Sequence record: MG674163.1
DNA from: Acinetobacter phage SH-Ab 15497
Strand: one strand, 5' to 3'
DNA: 43,420 bases
Shown here piece by piece: positions 35,832 through 43,400 of this stretch (within the stretch, counting starts at the first letter, position 1; each line of letters begins with the position of its first letter). A program made the translations under genes and the position numbers. The notes under the pieces were generated by a model that had not been told where the DNA came from, ran no database searches, and worked only from the letters and a program-made list of their open reading frames with translations.

Positions 35832-36521
35832 ATGAAAAAACTGGCAATCAACCTTGACAACAATAAAGTAATCGAAGTTGTAGAAGTGAATGGTGGGTGG
35901 ACCACTTGCCGCGACATCGATGAAGGGTTTGAATTCAAATTACGCAACGGTAAAATTGGTGAATATGTGGCTCCAGCAGAAGAGCCAAAGCCAGCCAAGA
36001 AAGAAAAACCAAAAGCAAAGAAAATCGAAGGATATATCGAACCTGCAAGCGAATGTCCAAAATGCGGATCTACAGAAGTATACCACGGCGTGATCGGTGC
36101 AGATGGCCATACAGTGGTAAATGAGGAAACTGACTGGGGCTGCCACCACTGTGACTTCGAAATGAAAGCCGCAGATTACAACGAAAACGGCGACAAGCTA
36201 GTTAAAGCCGATCTTGACCATTATGTGAAAGGTGCAGGTACAACAAATTCAGGACGCCCAACGGTAGATATCGATGATGTAGTGGCGAAAGCCCTACGCG
36301 GCGATGACTTGGAGATCATCTACCCTAAGGTGGCAAAATGGTTGAAAGCACTGGGCCGTGAATCAATTGGACGCGGAGCCAAGAAAATGGAAGTTACAGA
36401 AGATAACCTCCGCACTCGCTACGGTAAATTGAACGTGGGGATGCAGCGAATGAATCTAGGGAACGTGCTCCGCGGCGCGATGAATGACCTCGGCGTAACC
36501 GAACTACCCGAAATCGAATAA
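35832..36521 (+). CDS. Zn-ribbon protein, possible early regulator
   Basis: It has CPKC...CHHC cysteine pairs and a Lys-rich linker. It is driven by the strongest-looking promoter, and its start is inside GGAGATTAGAGATG. Codon usage is A/T-ending. Confidence 0.6.
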   Translation: MKKLAINLDNNKVIEVVEVNGGWTTCRDIDEGFEFKLRNGKIGEYVAPAEEPKPAKKEKPKAKKIEGYIEPASECPKCGSTEVYHGVIGADGHTVVNEETDWGCHHCDFEMKAADYNENGDKLVKADLDHYVKGAGTTNSGRPTVDIDDVVAKALRGDDLEIIYPKVAKWLKALGRESIGRGAKKMEVTEDNLRTRYGKLNVGMQRMNLGNVLRGAMNDLGVTELPEIE

Positions 36522-36565
36522 TCAGAAACGGGCGAAAGCCCCTCACAACAACACTGGGGAAAAAT

Positions 36566-37006
36566 ATGTTATACGGAAAAACAAAAATCGGTTGCGATCA
36601 ATCATCACATACTTACTATGAATTGGATGAGAACGGCATCAATTATATACCGCATCGCTTCACCATTATCAAAAGCAAGGTGTTCAAGGGCACTGACTAC
36701 CAATACCAGTGGACAATACCAGTAGATGAGGGACGATTTGGCCGTCGTGTGACGATCAGATGGTGGTCAAACAATATGCACACTTGTCAGGTATCCCTGA
36801 TTACTGGGGGCGGGACCCAAAATGGAATTAACCCGAACCCGTTCATCGTGTTAGAATCTGGGGTTTACAACGACCGTGCCGTGGGACTGTTGGATATGGT
36901 CGCACGACGCATTCTACAACTTCGCAAGGAAACACCTGATGTCAATCGACCAAACTGTGGACAAGGCAATCGCCGACATACTATCTATCACAAAGCGAAC
37001 AATTGA
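36566..37006 (+). CDS. Hypothetical protein, 146 aa
   Basis: An RBS-like GGGGAAAAATATG is present. The 3' end overlaps the next ORF in another frame. Confidence 0.45.
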   Translation: MLYGKTKIGCDQSSHTYYELDENGINYIPHRFTIIKSKVFKGTDYQYQWTIPVDEGRFGRRVTIRWWSNNMHTCQVSLITGGGTQNGINPNPFIVLESGVYNDRAVGLLDMVARRILQLRKETPDVNRPNCGQGNRRHTIYHKANN

Positions 37007-37364
37007 GGAGGCTGACACTTGGGGCGACTCGTTCATAGCGGGTCGGATGGCCAAGATCGCTGCAGAAGCCGAACGGATCCAAGAGGAGCATATGCAGTGG
37101 AAAATCGCAGAGTACCGCCGCCTTGGATACACGGAGCTTGATCAGTTCAATACTACCAAGGAGGAGTTTGAGAAATTCGAGCATGAAGTGGAGAATCAGC
37201 GTTCGCGCCTTTGCGTTCTCCTGCTTGCAAATCATCCTGAGTGGATAGACAGCGCATCTGCCATTGTCACCGCCCCATATTCATCACCGTGCCATCTTCG
37301 CAAGATGCATAAAACCAAATTTGAAAAATTACTTGAGGACATGGAAAATGTTAAGATCAACTAA
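36939..37364 (+). CDS. Hypothetical protein, 141 aa
   Basis: The internal ATG at 36939 is preferred over the track start at 36876. The protein is coiled-coil-like and charged. Confidence 0.45.
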   Translation: MSIDQTVDKAIADILSITKRTIEEADTWGDSFIAGRMAKIAAEAERIQEEHMQWKIAEYRRLGYTELDQFNTTKEEFEKFEHEVENQRSRLCVLLLANHPEWIDSASAIVTAPYSSPCHLRKMHKTKFEKLLEDMENVKIN

Positions 37365-37545
37365 ATTAGGAATTTCCATCCTAGCATTCTTGGGACTCAC
37401 TGCAGCAGTTGCCGTGGTGGGGGAGAACGATTACCAAGATCAGGTGGTGGCCCTGCATGCGAAGTGTGAAATGTATCATCAATTAACTGAGTGCCGCGAC
37501 TATGACGATACGGCATATCACAAACTTATGAGTGAGAAGAAATGA
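37347..37545 (+). CDS. Small secreted/membrane protein, 66 aa
   Basis: The N-terminal hydrophobic segment is MLRSTKLGISILAFLGLTAAVAVVG. An ATG starts inside the 3' end of the previous gene, and the track start at 37264 looks too far upstream. Confidence 0.4.
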
Positions 37546-38030
37546 ATCAGATGGAAGTAAAGACCATGGGCGAGGATCCGACAATAGTTCCGTTAACAGA
37601 GCCTGACGTTCCCACGGAAGAAGTAGAGATCCGCGTGGACATTTTCACATCAACATGGAATCATGTACGATATGCGTTGGTCACATCGCAAGAGGAAGTG
37701 GACTGCTTGTTGAAGGCCCACCGCGAGGCCACTGTCCCATACTTCGATCAGAACATGCCGCACCGTGGAGCGGTAACTCACCTATATCGCGATTGGGCTG
37801 TGGTGCACTATGATCTGGGTCCAATAGATAAGGACTTTGAAGAGGGCAAGATCACGCGTGCCGAGGCTTTTGCTGGAATCATGGGAATATTGGCCCATGA
37901 GGCTTATCACGTATGTGAGAAAATCTTTATGGAGATGGGGGAAGACTCCCCATCCAGTGAATTCGCAGCTTATACCATTCAAACTGTTATGGGCGACTTA
38001 GTAAACTCCATCTCAAGGAAAATTTTATGA
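37542..38030 (+). CDS. HExxH zinc metallopeptidase-like protein
   Basis: The motif is LAHEAYHVCEKIFMEMGED, with a downstream Glu. The gene sits among small early genes. Confidence 0.55.
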   Translation: MNQMEVKTMGEDPTIVPLTEPDVPTEEVEIRVDIFTSTWNHVRYALVTSQEEVDCLLKAHREATVPYFDQNMPHRGAVTHLYRDWAVVHYDLGPIDKDFEEGKITRAEAFAGIMGILAHEAYHVCEKIFMEMGEDSPSSEFAAYTIQTVMGDLVNSISRKIL

Positions 38031-38245
38031 AGACGATAACTGGTTTCATGACCCTATCGATGATAGCAATTATCGCTGTAATCTTAAGCGTGATATCAAT
38101 TGTTGCATTGACCTGCGGCGCGATCATATTTGCTGTAGCTTACTCCATCTTATATGTTATCGGAGCGCTTTCGGTGTTAGTGGTGTCTATATACATGTGG
38201 TGGTACTCGTTGCTTCTTAAGGTGATGCATTTAGATCATGACTAA
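38027..38245 (+). CDS. Small membrane protein, 2 TM
   Basis: Two hydrophobic helices are present and the start overlaps the upstream stop. Confidence 0.45.
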   Translation: MKTITGFMTLSMIAIIAVILSVISIVALTCGAIIFAVAYSILYVIGALSVLVVSIYMWWYSLLLKVMHLDHD

Positions 38246-38600
38246 GCTCAGCAAATCAGAGAAGATCGAACAGTTTAAAGTCTTCGCCGAGCGCATCAAC
38301 ACCTTTCCATGGGGGGTTGATGCAAACGTTCAGTTCCACTCTGACACATCCCGCGTTGTGATCGCCACTGACATAGGCTTGATCACTTATTATATGACAA
38401 CTGGCAAAGTCCAAGTAAGGAGCCATATATTCAAGTTGCCTGAGGGTGACGCAATATTCACATTCTTAGACACCCTGTTCACTAAAGGGATCTACACTGA
38501 GCGACCTATTTGGTCGTCCCGTAAGATAGAGCAGGACCCTGAATTCTTGGCCAAAGTAACACACCCATTCATAGAGCGAAAGAAAGATGATAAAGCCTAA
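38238..38600 (+). CDS. Hypothetical protein, 120 aa
   Basis: A compact ORF with start/stop overlaps with neighbouring genes. Confidence 0.5.
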   Translation: MTKLSKSEKIEQFKVFAERINTFPWGVDANVQFHSDTSRVVIATDIGLITYYMTTGKVQVRSHIFKLPEGDAIFTFLDTLFTKGIYTERPIWSSRKIEQDPEFLAKVTHPFIERKKDDKA

Positions 38601-39138
38601 ACATCTAGAACAATTCAAAGCACGTGAACGAAAAATCAACGATTTCATGAACGAAAACAAGATGTTTCGATACTGCACGGACGAAAATTCATTAGTGCCG
38701 CCGCCCGAAGAACGCGCAGTACTAATCCAGACCAAGGACGGCAAAACGTTCATAGCGACCTGCATTGATAGGCAGTGGCACTTGCAGACTGGGGATGTCT
38801 TGCCGTATAATAAAGTGTTGGCTTGGACCCCCGTCCCTGTTTTCCGTGGTCCCAAGAGCCGCCATTACAAATCAACGAAGGAAAAAGGTGCACAGCATGA
38901 CATCAGTCACAATGCCGAAATCGACGATTCAAGACGTCATAACAGCAGGGCTAGACCTAGCAACAACAGTGGGGCGAGTGACTCACGCGGTTACGGGCTT
39001 CATGGATTCTATGGAGGCCACAACCGAGAGCGGCAAATCCAAGAAAGAATGGGTGTTGGTGAAGATGAAGGACTTTATTATCGAAATCGGCCTGAACTGG
39101 CGCGACTGGATGGAGAGGATCGCAACTTTAATCGATAG
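38587..39138 (+). CDS. Hypothetical protein; the 3' half looks low-complexity and overlaps 38897..39184
   Basis: The N-terminal 100 aa look protein-like. The C-terminal half is Arg/Ser/Gly-rich and may be out-of-frame read-through. Confidence 0.35.
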   Translation: MIKPKHLEQFKARERKINDFMNENKMFRYCTDENSLVPPPEERAVLIQTKDGKTFIATCIDRQWHLQTGDVLPYNKVLAWTPVPVFRGPKSRHYKSTKEKGAQHDISHNAEIDDSRRHNSRARPSNNSGASDSRGYGLHGFYGGHNRERQIQERMGVGEDEGLYYRNRPELARLDGEDRNFNR

Positions 39139-39184
39139 TATCATAACGGTCTGGAACTTCTTTAACGGACGACATAAAATTTAA
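38897..39184 (+). CDS. Hypothetical protein, 95 aa, embedded in or overlapping the previous ORF
   Basis: An AAGGTG RBS lies 6 nt upstream of the ATG. The product is hydrophobic and structured-looking (..DFIIEIGLNWRDWMERIATLIDSIITVWNFF). Confidence 0.35.
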   Translation: MTSVTMPKSTIQDVITAGLDLATTVGRVTHAVTGFMDSMEATTESGKSKKEWVLVKMKDFIIEIGLNWRDWMERIATLIDSIITVWNFFNGRHKI

Positions 39185-39198
39185 ATGATGAACGGGGG

Positions 39199-39227
39199 TT
39201 GACAAGGCCCCCAATCTATGTTATAAT
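39199..39227 (+). promoter_or_regulatory. Consensus promoter TTGACA-aggcccccaatctatgt-TATAAT with conserved leader
   Basis: It is nearly identical to the 35745 promoter. The leader is AGATTTGAAGGCGGGCAGGGGCCGCGCC, followed by GAGATTAGAGAT. Confidence 0.6.
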
Positions 39228-39276
39228 AAGATTTGAAGGCGGGCAGGGGCCGCGCCAAGAGATTAGAGATATTGAA

Positions 39277-39942
39277 ATGACTGACATGAACCAAATCTAC
39301 GATCGCATCCAAAAATTATTGGCGATGGCAAAAGACGCAAGCTCACCGAACGAGGCGATGATTGCAATGGAACGCGCACGCCGTCTGATGAACAAATATC
39401 AAATTGAAGAGTCAGACATCATTGGGCGTGGGGCAGACGACAGCCGATTCTCGTTCCAATCCCTGCTCAAGAAGAAATACAAGTTCATGCCGACATGGTT
39501 GAACACGCTAGCGGTTGCAGTAGGTGAACTAAACGGCGTACGCGGTGGACTAGTGGAGGGCAACATCGTGGTGGCTGGGTTCAACGAAGATGTGGAATTG
39601 GCTGTGATGATGTATGATCGTCTGGTGGAAGAGTGCAACCGCCTCTGCAGACTGGACCAAATTGCGCGTGGCTACGGCAACAAATACAACGCCAAAATGG
39701 GCGACGCATTCAAGAAAGGATTCTCAGTTGCAGTGCATGCGAAGGTGAAAGAAATCATCGCGCACCAAGCGCAGGAATGTGACTCAACCGCACTAATCCT
39801 GCACAAGGCCGACGCCGTGGCAAAACGATTCGGGGAAACGCAAACCAAAAAATCCAAAATGAACATCGACAACGATGCGAATGATGCCTATCATGAAGGC
39901 AAACGCCACGGCAATAATGCAAAAATTCAAACGGAGATATGA
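39277..39942 (+). CDS. DUF2786-like protein (hypothetical)
   Basis: The N-terminus (IYDRIQKLLAMAKDASSPNEAMIAMERARRLMNKY) resembles the DUF2786 helical motif. The true start is 8 nt after GAGATTAGAGAT, and the track start at 39199 lies inside the promoter. Confidence 0.5.
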   Translation: MTDMNQIYDRIQKLLAMAKDASSPNEAMIAMERARRLMNKYQIEESDIIGRGADDSRFSFQSLLKKKYKFMPTWLNTLAVAVGELNGVRGGLVEGNIVVAGFNEDVELAVMMYDRLVEECNRLCRLDQIARGYGNKYNAKMGDAFKKGFSVAVHAKVKEIIAHQAQECDSTALILHKADAVAKRFGETQTKKSKMNIDNDANDAYHEGKRHGNNAKIQTEI

Positions 39943-39943
39943 G

Positions 39944-40351
39944 ATGACTTTTGACACAAATCCGACCTGTCCATACTGCGATCACGTGGTGGACAGCGAC
40001 CTTGCAGACCTGTGGGAATACGAGGGTGAGGACAACCCGTATGAGTGCCCCAACTGCGAAAAAGAATTGATCCTCAACGTACAAGTGACGACTGAGTATG
40101 AACTTAAGCGCGTAGAATGTGACGATGACAAGCATGAATATGATGAGTGGACCAGAATAGACGTAAGCCAGCGTTTGTTGGACGATTGGGCTAAAGACCC
40201 AGCCATGTCCAGATACGCGGACGAAAAGCCTCATTCGTGGTACATCAGAGAGTGCAAACACTGCGACGACAAAGATTATTCAATCCAGTACGAATACCAA
40301 CAGGAAGTCCCTCAAGATGAAATCAAATCAAGATATGACAAAGATGAATGA
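39944..40351 (+). CDS. Zn-ribbon protein (CPYC..CPNC..CKHC)
   Basis: The start is inside GGAGATATGAGATG and overlaps the upstream TGA stop. The track start at 39875 lies inside the previous gene. Confidence 0.5.
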   Translation: MTFDTNPTCPYCDHVVDSDLADLWEYEGEDNPYECPNCEKELILNVQVTTEYELKRVECDDDKHEYDEWTRIDVSQRLLDDWAKDPAMSRYADEKPHSWYIRECKHCDDKDYSIQYEYQQEVPQDEIKSRYDKDE

Positions 40352-40715
40352 GAACGATGATCTAGCCTGCCCTGATTGCGGCAAGTCGATGAAGCTCTTG
40401 GGCCACACTATGGTTGTCATGAACGAAAAAGTGATGTGTCCTCACTGTTGGGGATTCATCCATAAAATCGGAGGTCAAGTAGTGTGCAATTCGTGCAAAG
40501 AACAAATGGACTTTAAAGAAATCCTGCGATTTGGTAGTTGGGACGTGTGTCCTAAATGTTGGCACTTCCATCAAATCGCCCCGATCCCAGAATTCAAAGA
40601 TGAACAGCCGCCACACAGTGATGAAGTGGAGAGTTTCTGGGCATGGTTCTTTGTGATTCTATTAATCTGCGCCGTAATTGGCTTTTGTATAGGGAAAGCA
40701 GTATGCACAGTGTAG
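40317..40715 (+). CDS. Zn-finger protein with C-terminal TM helix
   Basis: Four CxxC pairs are followed by the hydrophobic tail FWAWFFVILLICAVIGFCIG. The start is uncertain (40317 or 40335). Confidence 0.45.
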   Translation: MKSNQDMTKMNENDDLACPDCGKSMKLLGHTMVVMNEKVMCPHCWGFIHKIGGQVVCNSCKEQMDFKEILRFGSWDVCPKCWHFHQIAPIPEFKDEQPPHSDEVESFWAWFFVILLICAVIGFCIGKAVCTV

Positions 40716-40948
40716 CATTCGAAGAACGACACCCAGTCAATGCCTACTTGTTCCGTGGGCATCTGGACGAACACCAAGTGCGTGAGTCACTTGAAGATGA
40801 ACTGGGCGACAAGGAACAGGTTGATCGCATCATGCGCAACACTACAATCGCCCATACTTACGGAAAGCCGCTGCCACGGGGCAATTGGTGGCTGACCAAC
40901 GCACCTGAACCAAAACATCGCTGCACGCCAGTGACTATAGTGGGGTAA
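40703..40948 (+). CDS. Hypothetical protein, 81 aa
   Basis: The internal ATG is preferred over the track start at 40643. Confidence 0.4.
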   Translation: MHSVAFEERHPVNAYLFRGHLDEHQVRESLEDELGDKEQVDRIMRNTTIAHTYGKPLPRGNWWLTNAPEPKHRCTPVTIVG

Positions 40949-40950
40949 AC

Positions 40951-41091
40951 ATGAAATGGAAGGTTGACCAAAGGGTCTGGATAAAACATGACATATTTGA
41001 GGGGGCTGATGAGCACAGCCCTGCAGGATGGGTGGCCTACAAGGGTGATCAATTGGCAGTTCATACTTTGTGGTTAAAGAAGACGATTTAA
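40951..41091 (+). CDS. Small hypothetical protein, 46 aa
   Basis: It is below the track cut-off. An ATG follows GGGGTAAAC, and it fills an otherwise non-coding gap. Confidence 0.25.
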   Translation: MKWKVDQRVWIKHDIFEGADEHSPAGWVAYKGDQLAVHTLWLKKTI

Positions 41092-41206
41092 CGGACCAAA
41101 CGCCGCTCATCACAATCATAGAGCAGCAAGAGTACATCAAAAAACACGGCCACAAGAGGGGTGGGTTTGAACCTTTTAATGGCCGTCTTCAAAATAGGAA
41201 AGATTA

Positions 41207-41473
41207 ATGGACGCTTTTTCAATGAAAATCGCCGTTGATGCTTGGGTGAAGGACCTGAAAGAATTAGGCCAAGTCAACCCTGAGACGTTCAACGACCCAA
41301 TTAAATTTGCCTTGGACTTAGGAGGCACTCAATTCGTCCTGCGGGCCGTAGAGCTTGGTAAAATGAGTCCAGACTTCGCCCGTCACGTATTCAATGCATT
41401 CACGACCATGCACAAAGGCGACATTATCAACTTAAACGACGCAATTAAGGAGCAACGGGGCGATGGCACTTAA
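41207..41473 (+). CDS. Hypothetical protein, 88 aa
   Basis: An AGGAAAGATTAATG RBS is present. Confidence 0.5.
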   Translation: MDAFSMKIAVDAWVKDLKELGQVNPETFNDPIKFALDLGGTQFVLRAVELGKMSPDFARHVFNAFTTMHKGDIINLNDAIKEQRGDGT

Positions 41474-42074
41474 ACAACTGACCAAGATAACTAAAGATCA
41501 TCTAAAGCAAATGGCCCATGCCTCAGGCGTTTCGCCACAGTGGCAAGGCTCCACTGAGAAGCTTGACAAATTCTTAGCCTGCGTAGTGGACACAATCAAC
41601 ATTGAACTCAACAAAGTGGTGAATCAAATGGAGCAAGCGACCCCAGTGGCCGAACAACGTAAAACGCACATCGGACTAGGCGACATCATCTCAGTTGCAA
41701 AAATGGAGGGCCTAGACGTATGTATCATGGGTCATCAAAAGACGTTCGAATGCTTCGCTGAAAAGATCGTTGAAATGATTGACGATGAGCTAAGAGCGGC
41801 TTTGGACAACCAACGGGCGCGTTTCCGCGGCGAACTTGAGTCGATGGAGTTTTGGGCGTTGATCAAAATCCAAGGTAAAGAGGTCGCGCTCCTAGGGTCC
41901 TACGCCAAGAAGCCTAAATGGATGACCTTGGCAAACGTTGCTGAACTAGCGGATAAGCTCAATGTGAACAAACTGCGCCGTTTGGCCGAGGAAAACCTCT
42001 GCAAGCTCGATGACTGGACTTCGTACAAGATGATTAGACTTGAGCGTCCAGAAGTGGACTTGGGCGTTTGCTAA
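41463..42074 (+). CDS. Hypothetical protein, 203 aa
   Basis: The start overlaps the upstream stop. Confidence 0.5.
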   Translation: MALKQLTKITKDHLKQMAHASGVSPQWQGSTEKLDKFLACVVDTINIELNKVVNQMEQATPVAEQRKTHIGLGDIISVAKMEGLDVCIMGHQKTFECFAEKIVEMIDDELRAALDNQRARFRGELESMEFWALIKIQGKEVALLGSYAKKPKWMTLANVAELADKLNVNKLRRLAEENLCKLDDWTSYKMIRLERPEVDLGVC

Positions 42075-42269
42075 TACAAAATAAGCTATTCCTATGGGTG
42101 GGCGATCGGGAGATCCCTGCCCTCAATACTATCTCCTTTTCAACGGTTTGCGGAGAGCGGTACTTGGAGGGGGGTCCAAGCTATGTATATAGCGGCGGGG
42201 TGTCAGAGTCCAAGGGAAAGCAAGCGGAATACACAACTTTAGGACGGCGCATTTGGTTACTAAAGGTGC

Positions 42270-42298
42270 TTGACAAGATCCCCAATCTATGATATAAT
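42270..42298 (+). promoter_or_regulatory. Consensus promoter TTGACA-agatccccaatctatga-TATAAT
   Basis: It has the same ccccaatctatg spacer core as the 35745 and 39199 promoters. GAGATCAGAGAT follows at 42309..42320. Confidence 0.55.
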
Positions 42299-42327
42299 AA
42301 AGTCTTAAGAGATCAGAGATAAACAAT

Positions 42328-42579
42328 ATGCCAACTTATATAGACGGCGCGTGCTCATGCTATAGCATAGGGGACGGGCTTACATCAATAACCTGCATAC
42401 GTAAAGACACCGAGGAGCATGAGGCAGGTGATATGCTCCTTTTCCATGTGCTTGTCGCCGTGAATGGGCGGTTTGACTGCACAAGTATTAAGTCACACAA
42501 CGGATCTTGGACAGAGCTTGAATTCGAGGATAAAGACTATGAGCAAGAGCGGGGGCACTATGACTATTGGAGAGGGTGA
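42328..42579 (+). CDS. Hypothetical Cys/His-containing protein, 83 aa
   Basis: It is the first gene after the promoter and the GAGAT motif. Confidence 0.5.
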   Translation: MPTYIDGACSCYSIGDGLTSITCIRKDTEEHEAGDMLLFHVLVAVNGRFDCTSIKSHNGSWTELEFEDKDYEQERGHYDYWRG

Positions 42580-42775
42580 CTGGAAAGAGTTGTATTATTG
42601 GGCAATGGTAAACGCCAGCAGGAAACACGCGTGGAAACCGAATTGGGTATTCATAACGGAGCACGGCGTTGGAAGCACTAAAGCCTATGAGATCTGCAGA
42701 GAGCTAGGGGTTGACCCTGAAAGTATTGAATTCAAACGTAAGGAGCCACAAAGTGAAGACACAAACAATCGATAA
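42560..42775 (+). CDS. Hypothetical protein, 71 aa
   Basis: The ATG after GGGGG is preferred over the track start at 42464. Confidence 0.4.
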   Translation: MTIGEGDWKELYYWAMVNASRKHAWKPNWVFITEHGVGSTKAYEICRELGVDPESIEFKRKEPQSEDTNNR

Positions 42776-42941
42776 AGTTAAGATGCGCATCCAGATCAAG
42801 ACGGCGCTAGGCATGCTCGATAATCCTGAATTCATGGCCCTGTTCGAGCAGTGGGATAAGGACGACGAAGAGCAGGCGAGAGACGGGGCACTGCGACACG
42901 CAAAGGCGGCACTAAGGACACTACAGCAACAACTGGAATGA
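42753..42941 (+). CDS. Hypothetical protein, 62 aa, GTG start
   Basis: AGGAG lies 7 nt upstream of the GTG. It is the last gene of the early block. Confidence 0.4.
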   Translation: MKTQTIDKVKMRIQIKTALGMLDNPEFMALFEQWDKDDEEQARDGALRHAKAALRTLQQQLE

Positions 42942-42965
42942 AACACTGCTCCTTTTCCCGTACGC

Positions 42966-43290
42966 GGGAATCCGAGAACCTTTCAAGGATAGACCCCTTC
43001 GAGGGTCTAGGCTGTAGGATACAGTGTTTCTAGTGGTTCGGTTGCTCGGTTGCTTCTGCTGCCAGTGGTGAAGCAACCGCCCGAAGCCCCCGTCCGACGG
43101 GGTTTCTGAGTATATCGGTTGCTCGGTTGCTCGGTTGCTCGGTATTTCTATATTGTCAACGAGCGACACTTTCGGCTCTCCACACGCGCACCAAGGTAAC
43201 TATATACCTAAAGCCCCCGTCGGACGGGACATTTACGGTTGCTTCATATAGAGAAACCACGGGGAAACCGTGGAACTTGATGGGGGATTT
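42966..43290. repeat. Inverted-repeat module B, the reverse-complement partner of 20773..21137, with GTTGCTCG octamer arrays and terminator-like hairpins
   Basis: The octamer arrays are GGTTCGGTTGCTCGGTTGCTTC (43034..43058) and CGGTTGCTCGGTTGCTCGGTTGCTCGG (43117..43143). It also holds TGTCAACGAGCGACA, and the CCCCGTCCGACGGGG hairpin followed by TTTCT at 43088..43110. Confidence 0.7.
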
Positions 43291-43371
43291 GGGGTTTTCT
43301 AAATGTGAAGGCTGGACGCCTTTGAATGAATAGTGTCGAACGACAAAATCAAGTATATCACGCCGTGTTCC

Positions 43372-43400
43372 TTGGCACAAGTACCCTTCTGTGTTATAAT
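43372..43400 (+). promoter_or_regulatory. Sigma70-like promoter TTGGCA-17-TATAAT with an AAGGAG RBS (43407..43412), positioned for the ATG at window position 1
   Basis: The hexamers are at 43372..43377 and 43395..43400. The RBS lies 8 nt before the window end, which implies the sequence is circularly closed and complete. Confidence 0.5.

Noticed and set aside
36530-36541. GGGC-GAAA-GCCC hairpin after the Zn-ribbon gene, and a GAGGGGCGA-TCG-TCGCCCCTC hairpin at 27381..27401, as Rho-independent terminators
   Set aside because: Both lack a downstream U-tract. They may be RNA-stability or processing hairpins, but the sequence alone is too weak to call them terminators.
43127-43333. + strand ORF of 68 aa inside repeat module B
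   Set aside because: It has a non-ATG start and no RBS. It lies within the octamer/hairpin region that is better explained as a non-coding regulatory or repeat element.
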